Below the pieces are notes generated by a model, which worked only from the letters and a program-made list of their open reading frames with translations, ran no database searches and was not told the DNA's origin. 64,000 nt of DNA from an uncultured Spirochaetota bacterium. GTDB taxonomy: Bacteria > Spirochaetota > Spirochaetia > SZUA-6 > Fen-1364. The DNA lies in contig CAWAHW010000002.1 of NCBI GenBank assembly GCA_963781885.1, forward strand, positions 1,280,001 to 1,344,000, read 5' to 3'. Shown here in pieces: positions 32,613 through 43,368 of the stretch; positions within the stretch are counted from its first letter, which is position 1; every line of letters starts with the position of its first letter. The position numbers and the translations under genes are program-made.

Positions 32613-34298
32613 CTAGTACAGGTATCCCAGTCCGCCGCCTCCCATGAGATAGAAGCTCGCCGGGTTGTCGGCTTCTCCTGCGAGAATGGCCGAAAGAACG
32701 AGGCGCGTGCCCGGTATGATCCAGTGTATCTCGCCCCCAACCTCGAAGGGCACGGGTGAGGCAAGCAGCGACACGCCGTTTGGCAGCGGCTCGGTTTTCG
32801 TGCTTGCCGATATTCCCGCGGTGATCGAGCCTGTCTCCAGCATGATCCCGGCGCGCAGGTACAGCCATGCCATGAGCAGCTCCTGCGGCGTTCCATCGGC
32901 GTTCAGGAGATACGGGTACCAGAGCGACCCCGTGGCTCCAACCGCGAGCAGAAAGCCTATCGGCCCAAGGCTGAGCTGGAACGGGAGCTCCACGCTGACA
33001 CCGGTGAAATTGGCGAACGTATCCGTCATGAGAGGCTGCACCGAACCGCCCGTGGGCAGGAGCTGCGCGGCGAGCTTCACCTGGACTGCGCTGCTGGTGC
33101 CGTAGGCTCCGTGCGGCGAGAGGAGATTCCATCGCGCGGCAATGCTTGCCATGAAGGGTGTGCTCGCTGACGTTGCAATAGCCCCGAGGGAGGTGTCGAC
33201 CTCCAGCCCTCGTGCCAGGCCGTATCGCGCGCCGATCTGCACCGGCGCCTGGTACCCGGAGAAATCGGGAGCCGTGATGCCCGCGGCGAATACGGAGAGC
33301 TGGAAATCACCGGGGGGCAGCACCTCGGGCACGGGGGCGTAGAGCAGGCCGGAGCTGCCGCTCCAGAGGCTGCGGGCGGCAACCTTCAGGGTGCGGTCGA
33401 CCTTCACTGAAATCTCGCTCGTTTCCTCGGTGTCGCTCTGCGCGCCGCGAGCCAGGAGGCTCACGGTGTACGTGCCGTCGGGAAGGGGATTATTGGCCGT
33501 GTCGTGGGCATTCCAGGTAAAGCGCTGGTTCCAGGTCGTGAATGCGGGCAGGGTGATGGCGTAGATTGTCGCCCCCGATGCATCGCGCACGCGCAGCTCA
33601 CCGGTGCCCGGTGCCGTGACTGAAATGACGCCTTCGAAATCGCCCAGGAGTCCGGGGCTCTCAGGGTTGATCGACGTCCGGGGTATTGTGAATGACGTGA
33701 TGGCGAATGCCGCCGGGTCGAGCGTGACGGATACCTTGCTGACGGCCTTCTCCTCGATCTTGACGGATTCGCGATGCTCGGTGTATCCGAAGAGGCTGAC
33801 GCGCACGTCGTACGTCCCCACCGGGAGCTCGATCAGACCGCCGGTGATGAGCTGGCCGTTCACCGTGACGGCGCTCTCTTGCGGTGTCGCCGACACCTGC
33901 AGGAATCCCGTGATCTGCTGCAGGGAGGTCTGGTAGACCATGGTGAGCCCCTGGAAATTGACCCATGTGGAAAGCTCGTAATAACCCTGCTTGCGGAGGG
34001 TGACCTTGTGCCAGCCCTGGCCCAGGTCAACGGCGGTATAGGGGGAAAGCCCCATGAAGGTGTCGTCGATCCATACCTCGGCCAAATCAGGATCCGTGAC
34101 GACTTGCAGGCCTTTCGTTTCCGTGGGCGGCGTCTGGGACTGCGGCACAAAGGGCTTCCCGGGCGCCGGAGTCGCTTTCTCCGCCTGCAGAACAGTCCCG
34201 AGCGTCGAGCCCTTCGACGTTGCGCACGAGGCCAACAAGCCTGCGGCGAGACAGCAAAGCGCGATGCACGCCAGGACGCCCGGAGATCTGCCTGTCAT
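32613..34298 (-). CDS. PEGA-domain lipoprotein with FlgD-like Ig domain and C-terminal beta-barrel-like region
   Basis: LLASC lipobox, PEGA-like TDPDLAEVWIDD/GWHKVTLRKQGY, WNAHD...PDGTY, terminal aromatic residue. Confidence 0.75.
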   Translation of the reverse strand: MTGRSPGVLACIALCCLAAGLLASCATSKGSTLGTVLQAEKATPAPGKPFVPQSQTPPTETKGLQVVTDPDLAEVWIDDTFMGLSPYTAVDLGQGWHKVTLRKQGYYELSTWVNFQGLTMVYQTSLQQITGFLQVSATPQESAVTVNGQLITGGLIELPVGTYDVRVSLFGYTEHRESVKIEEKAVSKVSVTLDPAAFAITSFTIPRTSINPESPGLLGDFEGVISVTAPGTGELRVRDASGATIYAITLPAFTTWNQRFTWNAHDTANNPLPDGTYTVSLLARGAQSDTEETSEISVKVDRTLKVAARSLWSGSSGLLYAPVPEVLPPGDFQLSVFAAGITAPDFSGYQAPVQIGARYGLARGLEVDTSLGAIATSASTPFMASIAARWNLLSPHGAYGTSSAVQVKLAAQLLPTGGSVQPLMTDTFANFTGVSVELPFQLSLGPIGFLLAVGATGSLWYPYLLNADGTPQELLMAWLYLRAGIMLETGSITAGISASTKTEPLPNGVSLLASPVPFEVGGEIHWIIPGTRLVLSAILAGEADNPASFYLMGGGGLGYLY

Positions 34299-34335
34299 GC
34301 ATGAGATAGTAGCCCGCGTAATGTGCCAGTTCAAG

Positions 34336-34565
34336 GCAGCCACCGTAATCGGTGGCATTCGCAGCCACCGTAATCGGTGGCATTCGCAGCCACTGTAATC
34401 GGTGGCATTCGCAGCCACTGTAATCGGTGGCATTCGCGGCCACCGTAATCGGTGGCATTCGCAGCCACTGTAATCGGTGGCATTCGCAGCCACTGTAATC
34501 GGTGGCATTTGCGGCAGCCACGGCCACCGTACCGTGGCATTCGCAGCCACTGTATTCAGTGGCAT
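34336..34565. repeat. Tandem array of 25-bp palindromic units GCAGCCAC(C/T)GTAATCGGTGGCATTC: 7 near-perfect plus 2 degenerate copies
   Basis: Units begin at 34336, 34361, 34386, 34411, 34436, 34461 and 34486; degenerate copies at about 34514-34542 and 34543-34565. Confidence 0.97.
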
Positions 34566-34628
34566 GAAGGCGGCCATACAGTGCCGACGGCCTTGGAACG
34601 ATCGCGATTTCGGCCGATATTCGAAGCA

Positions 34629-35213
34629 ATGGATCATCATGCCGCATGCTATGGCCTGAATCTCCGCATCGGGCGCCTGTGGCTGGCGCTGATGCTTTGC
34701 GTTGTCTCCATCGCCCCGGCCGCTGCCCAGGCTGCAGCTCCGATTCCACAGTCTCTTCCGCTCGGGTTTCGCACCGTCATGCTCGGCATGGGTCTGGACC
34801 AGGTAAAGGCCGCGCTGAAAGCGGATCCCCTGTTCCGTTACCGCGGCGATCCTGACGTGAGCTTTCTTCCGCAGACAAGCCAGTATTTGATCGAGTGCGA
34901 AGGCAACTCTTATCTCCGCCGCGCATATTTCCAGTTTGCCGACAGCAGGCTCTTCATCATGATCCTCGTCCTGGATACCCAGAAGCTCGACCATTTCTCC
35001 GTCTGGAGCGCTCTCAGCGCAAAGTACGGACCGCCGACGACGCTCAGCCCGGAAGAAAGCGTCTGGCAGTCGGATCCCGTTCGGCTTTCCCTGGAAAGGC
35101 CGCTCACGGTCAAGTACATCGACAACAAGACCTTCGCGGCGCTCCTTTCAAAGGGTGGCGCGCAGAAGGACCTCGAGCAGCTCTCCCAGGAGAAATTCCT
35201 TGAGCAGTTCTGA
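34629..35213 (+). CDS. Exported hypothetical protein (start uncertain)
   Basis: Signal-peptide-like segment, then a globular domain; overlaps the start of the next gene. Confidence 0.7.
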   Translation: MDHHAACYGLNLRIGRLWLALMLCVVSIAPAAAQAAAPIPQSLPLGFRTVMLGMGLDQVKAALKADPLFRYRGDPDVSFLPQTSQYLIECEGNSYLRRAYFQFADSRLFIMILVLDTQKLDHFSVWSALSAKYGPPTTLSPEESVWQSDPVRLSLERPLTVKYIDNKTFAALLSKGGAQKDLEQLSQEKFLEQF

Positions 35214-36390
35214 GCGCATCCCGTCCGGCATCACCCTGAAGCAGAGCAGGGATGCGCCCGTGCGCCGGCGATTCCACCTCTGGATCTACAGCCAGGCCAT
35301 TGCGGAAGCCTCCGAAGGGGCCTCCCCGTCCGAGCTGCTCCCGGTCCGGGCTGCCGATGGCGCCGTGATCGGCTGGGGCCTCTATTCACCGGACAGCCTG
35401 ATCGCGGTGCGCATGGTGTCTTTTTCTCCTGAAAGACCGGCGGCGGACTGGATCGGACGGCGCATCCGCGGCGCGCTCTCTTTGCGCCAGCGGCTTGCGC
35501 TGGACAGCGATGCATTCAGGCTCGTGAACGCGGAGGGGGATTTCCTTCCGGGATGTGTCATCGACGTCTATGGCGACACGGTCGTCATCTCCCCGCACGT
35601 GCGGGGCATCGAGGCATCGATGGATGACATCGCTTCCTGCCTCGGCGCGCTTTTTCCTGAGGCGCGCATCTACCTGAAACGCGACGAGCATTTTGCCCGG
35701 GTTGAGCACCTTGCTCTGCCCGCGGGATACCTGAGCGGCACGGGAGACGGCACGGCGACCATCCGGGAGGGCGGAGTCCGCATCATAGTCGATTTTGCGC
35801 GCGGACAGAAGACCGGCTACTACCTCGATCAGCGCGCCAACAGGACCCAGATCGCAGGCATGTGCAAGGGAAAGACGCTGCTCAACCTCTTCTCTTATAC
35901 CGGTGCCGTTGCGCTTCGGGCGGCGGCCGCCGGGGTGACGAGGGCGACTTCCGTCGACAGCTCGCGCGCGGCCCTGGACCTTGCCGCAGCGAGTGCGGGG
36001 TTGAACGCCGCCTTTTCCGCCGATGCGCTTTCATGGGTGCAGGCGGACGTGTTTTCGTACCTTGAGGAGCCGGGGACCTGGGACGTGGTGGTGGCCGATC
36101 CCCCCCCATTCGCCCGACGGCGCGTCGAGCTCGATGGCGCGCTGAAAGGGTATCTCAGCCTTTTCCAGCAATGCCTGCGCATCCTGAACCCGGGCGGAGT
36201 TGCCTTTCTCTTCTCCTGCTCCGGCGCGGTGGACCGGCCGACATTCCACCAGGTGGTCGCCGAAGCGGCGCGCCGGTCAGGCCGCGCCGTGCGTCTCCTG
36301 CGCGAGCTGCACGCGGACGCCGACCATCCCGTTGCGGCGACGCATCCTGAAGGAGAATACCTGAAAGGCTGGATGGTCCATGCGGAATAG
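35200..36390 (+). CDS. RlmI/YwbD-family SAM-dependent rRNA methyltransferase
   Basis: RLVNAEGDFLPG, GQKTGYYLDQR, LNLFSYTG, DPPPF, EGEYLK. Confidence 0.88.
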   Translation: MSSSERIPSGITLKQSRDAPVRRRFHLWIYSQAIAEASEGASPSELLPVRAADGAVIGWGLYSPDSLIAVRMVSFSPERPAADWIGRRIRGALSLRQRLALDSDAFRLVNAEGDFLPGCVIDVYGDTVVISPHVRGIEASMDDIASCLGALFPEARIYLKRDEHFARVEHLALPAGYLSGTGDGTATIREGGVRIIVDFARGQKTGYYLDQRANRTQIAGMCKGKTLLNLFSYTGAVALRAAAAGVTRATSVDSSRAALDLAAASAGLNAAFSADALSWVQADVFSYLEEPGTWDVVVADPPPFARRRVELDGALKGYLSLFQQCLRILNPGGVAFLFSCSGAVDRPTFHQVVAEAARRSGRAVRLLRELHADADHPVAATHPEGEYLKGWMVHAE

Positions 36391-36847
36391 AATGCGTCTT
36401 GGGAAATCGCTGCTGAGGGATGCCATTGCGGCCGTCGGAGCGCTGCTTATGGTCGCGGCTCTTGCCGGCTGTCAGCAAAAGGCGCCGCGCATTACGCTCG
36501 CCGTGTCAGGCCAGCAGCTCAGCGTCGAAGTCGCCCGCACGGACGCGGAGCGCGCGCACGGCCTGATGGGCAGGAGGGACCTGGGGCCGCGCGACGCCAT
36601 GATTTTCGTCTTCGATCGCGACGACCACCTCACGTTCTGGATGAAGGATACCCCGACGCCGCTTTCCATCGCATTCGTGTCGTCAGAGGGGAAAATTCTT
36701 GAGATCACCGATATGGAGCCGTTCTCCGAAAAGATCGTCCGCTCGCGGCTTTCCGTCCGTTATGCCCTTGAAATGCGCCAGGGCGCGTTCAGCGATCTCT
36801 CCATCCGGGAAGGGGACATCATCACTTTCCCCGCCGGCTTTCCCTGA
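36380..36847 (+). CDS. DUF192-family lipoprotein
   Basis: LAGC lipobox, EVART...GLMGR, FWMKDTPTPLSIAF. Confidence 0.88.
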   Translation: MRNRMRLGKSLLRDAIAAVGALLMVAALAGCQQKAPRITLAVSGQQLSVEVARTDAERAHGLMGRRDLGPRDAMIFVFDRDDHLTFWMKDTPTPLSIAFVSSEGKILEITDMEPFSEKIVRSRLSVRYALEMRQGAFSDLSIREGDIITFPAGFP

Positions 36848-36856
36848 TCGAGCGCC

Positions 36857-37139
36857 CTAGCTCTCCTCGTCCTCGGCAAGCTCGGGGAAAAGCTCCATTG
36901 CCCGGCTCCTCTTCCTCGCCCGCGCCCGGTTCGCGCGTGAGGATTTCGACTCGCCGCTCCACGCGTGAGAGGTCCTTCTCCAGCGATTTGGAAAGCTTCA
37001 TGCCTTCCTCAAAAAGCGCAAGGGCCTCGTCCAGGGGCATGCTTCCTTCCCGAAGCTTGTCTGCGAGCTCCTCCAGCCGCTCCAGCCTCTTCTCGAAAGC
37101 GGGCGCCGCCTTTCGTCCCTCATGACCCTTCGCTGGCAT
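36857..37139 (-). CDS. xseB: Exodeoxyribonuclease VII small subunit (apparent +1 indel near 36901)
   Basis: FEKRLERLEEL, PLDEALALFEEG; removing one base gives an EPAMELFPELAEDEES* tail that no longer overlaps the convergent gene. Confidence 0.88.
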
Positions 37140-38342
37140 GCGTCACCTCCACGGTCGCGCGCAGGCCGCCCTGCGCGAGCCTGATCGCCACGGCGTCGCC
37201 CCGCCGGACGTGCTCACTCGAGACCAGAATCCTGCCCGATGCCTCATGGGTCACAACGGCATAGCCGCGCTGCAGAACGGAAAGGGGCGAGCAGGAGGCA
37301 AGCGCGCTGGAGGCAAGCTCAGAGCGGTGGAGCGTGTCCGTGAGCAAGCGTCTCATGCCGTTCACGAGCTCTTCCGAGGCATAGTCAGTGCGCTGCGACA
37401 GCGGCTGGATGAACGTGCGCACGGTGCGCTCGAGATTGCCCGCGGCGAACTGCCCCAGGAGCATCCGGACCTTTTCCAAGCGGCCGTGAACGGCGCTTTC
37501 AAGCGCGCCGCGCAGGGCGCTGACCCGGCCGCGCAGCTCCGTCTGTGAGGCGCTCACGAGCTCCGCGGCGGCGGAGGGCGTCGGGGCACGGAGATCGGCG
37601 GCGAGATCGGAGAGCGTGACGTCTGTCTCGTGACCGACCGCTGAAACGATCGGCGTCTCCGCCGCCGCGATGGCGCGCACGACCGCCTCCGACGAAAACG
37701 GCAGCAGGTCCTCCAACGAGCCTCCGCCGCGTCCGACGATGATCACGTCCCCCAGGTGGCAGCGATCGGCGATCGCGATGGCGCGCGCGATGCGCTCTGC
37801 GGCCTCATCCCCCTGGACCGGGGTCGGAACGATGACGACGTCCATGCCCGCGTTGCGCCGGCGGAGGATGCGAAGGATATCGCGGATGGCGGCACCCGTG
37901 GGGGAGGTGACCACGGCGATTCGCGACGGGTAGAGGGGCAGGGGTTTCTTTCTCGTCAGGTCGAAAAGGCCTTCCGCGGCGAGTGCGCGCTTGCGGGCCT
38001 CCAGCGTCGCAAGGAGGTCGCCTTCGCCGGCCCGGGCAATGTCTCGCAGATGAGCTGGTAGCTTCCCCTTTTTGCGTAGACCGATATCGTCCCCGATGCC
38101 TTGGCGAGCATTCCATCGGCCGGCGTGAAACGCACGGCATCCAGCCTGCCGCGGAACATCACGACCGAGATCATCGCATCCACGTCCTTGAGGCTGAAGT
38201 ACCAGTGCCCGGCGCTCGATGGGCGGAAATTGGATATTTCGCCCTGGATTGTCACCCAGGGGAAACCCTCTTCCAGGGAGGATTTGATGAGCTGCGTGAT
38301 CTCGGTGACGGAAAAGACATGCTCCGCGGTGCGCTCGGGCAT
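37120..38342 (-). CDS. xseA: Exodeoxyribonuclease VII large subunit, frameshifted near 38035
   Basis: GEISNF, GHWYFSLKD in one frame; TSPTGAAIRD, GRGGGSLEDL, SAVGHETD, APTPSAAAE in the next. Confidence 0.92.
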
Positions 38343-38453
38343 GGCTGGCATCGTACACGCCGGTCGCGTGAATGGCAATCAGGACGAACGGCGCCGCCCC
38401 GCGGGCCCTTTCTTGAACTTCGAGCGATTCTGTCGATATTATCAGCGAAGGCA

Positions 38454-39944
38454 ATGAAAAACTCGGCCGTCATCAACGGGATCGGTCTCAAGGCGCCTGC
38501 ATTCCGGCCACTCGTCGATGGCGGCTCGGCGTTCGCGCGCTCGCTGGCCTATGCCCGGGCCCTGCCCGAGGTCGCGGAGCCCGTCGTGCTGCTCTCCCAT
38601 GCGACGGAAATGCCGTCCGGCGTGCGCGCGGTCGTGCGCGACGCATGGACGGAAGCCGACGTGATCGCCGCACTCGCCGCGGAGACGGAGGGTTGCGATT
38701 CGGCCTTCTACTTTCATGCCGACTGCCCCTTTCTCGACCTCCCGCTTTCCCTCAAGATGTATGAAAACCATCGCCGCTACTGGGCGGACTACACCTTCGC
38801 CGATGGTTACCCGTACGGCGTCACCCCCGAGATACTGACACGGGAAGCGGTCCAGCGGCTGCGCGGTCTCCTCGGGGAAGGTGCCGCAATTCCCCGGCGC
38901 GACCTGATATTCGCCATCGTCCGCAAGGACATCAACTCCTTCGACATCGAGACGGAGATTTCACCCGTGGACATGCGGCTGATGCGGCTTTCCCTGACCG
39001 CCGACACGGAGAGGAATTTCCTTCTTCTCTCACGCGTCGTCGCGGCCGGCGGACGGGAGGCGCTCGGCGCGTGCGCCATCCTTCGCCAACGGCAGGATAT
39101 CCAGCGGACCTTGCCGGCATTTTACCCCGTCCAGATCGTCGCGCAGTGCCCCTACGCATGCACGTACTGTCCTTACCCGGTTTTCGCCGGCGATGTGACG
39201 AACAAGAAGGGTTCCATGCCCGTCGACACGTTCCACGCCCTGGTGAAAAAGATCGCCGCATTCAGCGGTGACGCCGTCATCGACGTGTCTCTCTGGGGCG
39301 ATCCCGGGCTGCACCCGCAGATCGTGGAGATCGCGGAGGCCGCGCTCTCCGAGCCGGGCATCGAGCTCATGATCGAGACGTCCGGCGTGGGCTGGCAGCC
39401 GGGCACGTTCGAAAGGATGCAGGCGGGGCTCCGGCGGCCGCCGACGTGGATCGTCTCCCTGGATGCGGCGACGGAATCGATCTACCGCGCCCTGCGCGGA
39501 CCCGGCTTTGCCGAAGCGCAGAAAAGCGCCGAGCGGCTCCTTGCCCTTTTCCCGGGCCGCGTGCACGTCCAGGCCGTCCGCATGAAAGAGAACGAAGAGG
39601 ACCTCGAGCTTTTCTACAAGTCGTGGAAGGCACGCACGGAGAATGTCATCGTCCAGAAATACGATTCCTTCTCCCGCGCGTTGCCCGACCGGCAGGTGGC
39701 CGATCTTTCCCCGCTCGCGCGCTTTCCGTGCTGGCACCTGAAACGCGACATGCCGATCCTGCTGGACGGCACCGTGCCGCTCTGCCGCGAAGACCTTCGG
39801 ACGGAGACACGGCTGGGCAATGCCCTGACGGAGGAGCTGGCGGCAATCTGGGAAAAGGCACGGGATATCCACCGCGCGCACGTGTCGGGAGTGTATCCGG
39901 GTATTTGTGCGGGGTGCGATGAGTACTACACCTACAACTTCTGA
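38454..39944 (+). CDS. Spiro-SPASM protein (cytidylyltransferase-like + radical SAM + SPASM)
   Basis: DYTFADGYPYG, KDINSFDIET, CPYACTYC, C-terminal CWHLKRD...LC...CAGC. Confidence 0.85.
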   Translation: MKNSAVINGIGLKAPAFRPLVDGGSAFARSLAYARALPEVAEPVVLLSHATEMPSGVRAVVRDAWTEADVIAALAAETEGCDSAFYFHADCPFLDLPLSLKMYENHRRYWADYTFADGYPYGVTPEILTREAVQRLRGLLGEGAAIPRRDLIFAIVRKDINSFDIETEISPVDMRLMRLSLTADTERNFLLLSRVVAAGGREALGACAILRQRQDIQRTLPAFYPVQIVAQCPYACTYCPYPVFAGDVTNKKGSMPVDTFHALVKKIAAFSGDAVIDVSLWGDPGLHPQIVEIAEAALSEPGIELMIETSGVGWQPGTFERMQAGLRRPPTWIVSLDAATESIYRALRGPGFAEAQKSAERLLALFPGRVHVQAVRMKENEEDLELFYKSWKARTENVIVQKYDSFSRALPDRQVADLSPLARFPCWHLKRDMPILLDGTVPLCREDLRTETRLGNALTEELAAIWEKARDIHRAHVSGVYPGICAGCDEYYTYNF

Positions 39945-40878
39945 GACCGGCGGACGAATCCCGTACACGGTCGTCGGCGGGCCGCGCTGGGACAGGATAC
40001 GCCGCTACCCATTTCCCCTCACGATGCTCGTCCTGGGCAGGGGCGATCGTCTCTTCAAGGGAGAGCTGCTGAAGGACCTGGAGGGGCGGGGAATCGGCGA
40101 GGTCCTCTGGGTCGAAGGGGACCAGCTCGCGACGGACGTGGACTCTCTGGCGCACGATTTTCCCGACGTGCGCTTTCTGCTCGTGAAGGCTCCCAGCACC
40201 GTGGGAGAGAGGGTGAACGTCGGCATCGAGGAGTCGCGCGCGCCTCTTGTCCTCGTGCTCTGGAGCGACACGCGGCTTTCCCGGTTCCCTCCGTCATCGA
40301 TCGCCCCCTTCGAAAAATCCGGCAACCTCTGCTGGCTGCCCACGGCGCGCACGATGCGCGACGAGCTCTTGCCGTCGTGGCAGTCTCCGCAGTGGAAAAA
40401 GCGCCGGCTCGCCGTGTCCTTTCGCGTCCCGCGCAAGGACGGGGAGCGCGTGCTCTTTCCCTTTGATTACTGCGGAATTTACAACAAGGAAAAATTCGCC
40501 CAATCGGGAGGCTACGACCGCGCGATTGCCAGCTCCTACTGGCAGAAGCTGGACTTCGGTTTCCGCGCCCTGCTCTGGGGCGAGAATATATTCGGCACGA
40601 CCGGGATTTCCCTCATGTACACGGGAAGCCCGCCGGAAGAGGACACGACACCCGATGCCGGCTACAAGCTTTTCTGGCTGAAGAACCTCGCGGTGCAGCT
40701 CCGGCGTGAGGCCGGCGTGCTGCCGACGGTGAAGCTCCTGGACTACATGCTCCATTCGGACACGGGCCCGCTTGACGCGGTCAAGGAATTCCGGGCCGTG
40801 CGCGGATGGGTTCGCACGCATCGATTCCGCTTCCGCCGCGATCCCCGGCAGGCCATCGAGCGCTGGGAGGGCGTCTAG
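39919..40878 (+). CDS. Hypothetical protein, possible glycosyltransferase-like fold
   Basis: Overlaps upstream gene; N.GIEESR, GGYD...W..LDFGFR resemble GT-A features. Confidence 0.55.
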   Translation: MSTTPTTSETGGRIPYTVVGGPRWDRIRRYPFPLTMLVLGRGDRLFKGELLKDLEGRGIGEVLWVEGDQLATDVDSLAHDFPDVRFLLVKAPSTVGERVNVGIEESRAPLVLVLWSDTRLSRFPPSSIAPFEKSGNLCWLPTARTMRDELLPSWQSPQWKKRRLAVSFRVPRKDGERVLFPFDYCGIYNKEKFAQSGGYDRAIASSYWQKLDFGFRALLWGENIFGTTGISLMYTGSPPEEDTTPDAGYKLFWLKNLAVQLRREAGVLPTVKLLDYMLHSDTGPLDAVKEFRAVRGWVRTHRFRFRRDPRQAIERWEGV

Positions 40879-40879
40879 A

Positions 40880-41596
40880 ATGCGCACCGGCGTTTTTGTC
40901 CAGGTGAGGCTCGGCTCGCAGCGCCTGCCGTCAAAGGCAATCCTGCCCCTGCCCGGCGGCTCGGTGATCCAGCACGTCATGCGCGCGCTCCTTGCCGTCC
41001 CCGCGGAGGTGAGGGCGCTTCTCACCGACGAGCAGAGCCAGGATACGCTTCTGCCGCTGGCAGCCGCGGAAGGGTTCGAGGTTTTTGCCGGCGCGCCGGA
41101 AGACGTGCTGGATCGCTACTGCGCCGCCTGCGAGAAGTGGGGCGTGGGAAGGGTCATCCGCGCGACAGGAGACAACCCCCTGACGTCGGCGCTGCTTGCC
41201 AATTCCATCATCGCGCTGCACGGGCACGCACATGCCGACCTGAGCCATTACCTTGGCTGCCCCTGGGGCACGGGCGTGGAGGTCATCGAGGCCGAGGCTC
41301 TTTTCACTGCGCGGCACCGCGCGACGCAGCTCGATGAGCGGGAGCACATCACAACCTGGATGTATCGAAATCCGCAGGCGCTCACGATCCTGGAGCCGCG
41401 CGCCCCGGATGAATGGTGTTTTCCGGATGGTCGCGTCACCGTCGACACGGAAGACGACTACCGGAGTGTCACGCGGATTTTTAAGGAGCTGTACCAGGAC
41501 GGGCCCGTTGACGTGGACCGGTTGGTGCCCTGGCTGAAAAAACACCCGGGACTGTCGACGCCGAAACCGGGCAAGAAGGGGCGCGTCCATGGCTGA
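40880..41596 (+). CDS. SpsF-like cytidylyltransferase
   Basis: QVRLGSQRLPSK, EDVLDRY, RATGDNP, REHIT, VTVDTEDD. Confidence 0.88.
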   Translation: MRTGVFVQVRLGSQRLPSKAILPLPGGSVIQHVMRALLAVPAEVRALLTDEQSQDTLLPLAAAEGFEVFAGAPEDVLDRYCAACEKWGVGRVIRATGDNPLTSALLANSIIALHGHAHADLSHYLGCPWGTGVEVIEAEALFTARHRATQLDEREHITTWMYRNPQALTILEPRAPDEWCFPDGRVTVDTEDDYRSVTRIFKELYQDGPVDVDRLVPWLKKHPGLSTPKPGKKGRVHG

Positions 41597-43368
41597 GCGG
41601 CCCTTTTTCCTGCTGGTGCCGGCCGCGGGGGCAGGGGACGGCATGGGCCATCTCCTGCGCTGTCTCTCGCTCGCGCGCGACCTGGGCGGGTCGTCATCGG
41701 TGCTCACCGTGCACATGGACCAGCACGCGCGCGCGCTTCTGGCGCAAAGGCTTCGGGCAATGCCCGCCGCCGCCCGGCCTGTCGTGATCAACGGGATGAA
41801 AGCGGCGGCGCGCTGGGACATCATTGTGGTCGATGCACGGAGAACGAGCCGCGCGGAGCTCGATATGCTGATGAAGCGGGGCCTCGTCGTCTGCCTCGAT
41901 GAAGGCGGGGAGGCGGCGGCATTCGCGCCGCTGCTCGTGGACTCCCTGCCCAGCCTCCCGGGTGTGCGAAAACCCAACGCGGCTTCGCCGGCCTTCCTTT
42001 CACTTCCGCCGCGATCGAGATCCCGCGTCCGGTTTCCACCCCGGCGCGTCCTGCTCAGCTTCGGGGGCGAGGATCGCCCGCATGCAAGCGAGGCCATGCT
42101 GCGCGCGCTCATCAACGGGCGGGTTTTCGAGCCGCGCCAGCTCACCGTCGTCGAGGGTCCGCTTTTCGGCGTTCGGGAGTGGCCGCGCGAGGTTTCCGTG
42201 ATGCGGCAGCCGGCGGAGCTCTCACGGGCGCTGCCCGGACTTCGACCTGCTCATCACCCATTTCGGCATCACGGCCTTCGAGGCCCTGGCAACGGGCCTG
42301 CCCGTTCTCCTCTTCAATCCCTCGCGCTACCACGCGCGGCTGGGCGCCGCATCGGGTTTCCAGAACATCGGGATGCGGATGCCCGACCTCGGCACCCTCA
42401 GACGCTGTCTGGCGGAGCCCGGCCCTCTTTTCGCGCAGGTCGACGCCTTCAATCGTGAGATCGGGACGCGGCGGACAAAGGAGCTCGCACGGCTGCTGAA
42501 AAGTCTCGGCGCGCAGGGCTCTTCCTCCTGCCCCGTTTGCGGCCGGGCGGGGAATCCCGTCCTCGACAGGTTCCCGTTGCGCACCTACCGCCGCTGCGGC
42601 TCGTGCGGCACGATCTTCCTGGAGAGCTTCCGCGGAAGCCGCACGCGCTATGACGCAGCCTATTTTTCGTCCGCCTACAAGGCGCAGTACGGGCGGACGT
42701 ACCTGGAGGATTTCGAGGCGATCAAGAGCGCGAGCAAGGATCGCGTGCGCATCATGCGGGAGCAGATCGCGGAAGACATCGACGGCATGGTGATCGACGT
42801 GGGGTGCGCCTATGGCCCCTTCCTTGACGCGCTGAAGGACGCGGGCATTGCCGGCTACGGCCTGGACGTCGCGGCGGATGCGGTGGCGTACGTGAGGAAG
42901 AAGCTGCGCATCCCTGCGCTGCGATCGTCGTTCGAAACGGTGGCACGATCGGCGCTGCCGCGCCGGATCGCTGCAGTGACCATGTGGTACGTGATCGAGC
43001 ATTTTGAGGACACCGACGCAGTCTTGCGGAAGATTTCCGGGCTTCTCCCGCGGGGTGGCGTTTTTGCCTTTTCCACCCCGAACGGCCGCGGCATTTCCGC
43101 GCGACGCGATCTGCACGGCTTTCTCCAGGTGAGTCCCGCGGACCACTTCACGATCCTCTCACCCCGGAGACTGGGCAGGCTGCTTGATCGCTATGGCCTC
43201 GAGCTCCACCGTGTTCGGGTGACCGGTCATCACCCCGAGCGTTTCCCCGGGCTGCTGGGAAAGGCGGCGACGCGCTTCTCAAGTGTGCATGCGGCGCTGC
43301 TCCTCGCCAGCCGCCTGTTCGGCCTGGGCGATACCTTCGAGGCTTACGCGGTGAAGGGGGAGACGTGA
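41589..43368 (+). CDS. PseG/SpsG-like domain fused to class I SAM methyltransferase, frameshifted near 42235
   Basis: GMGHLLRC, SFGGED; DLLITHFGITAFEA continues in the shifted frame; CPVC...CGSC, DVGCAYG, VIEH, STPN. Confidence 0.75.

Noticed and set aside
34336-34565. CRISPR array
   Set aside because: Units are directly adjacent with no unique spacers, and no cas genes are in the window.
34299-34994. N-terminal extension of ORF 32613-34994 and other ORFs crossing the repeat (PPITVAANATDY peptides)
   Set aside because: The 25-bp period is not a multiple of 3; the lipoprotein signal starts at 34298 and the extension overlaps the opposite-strand gene.
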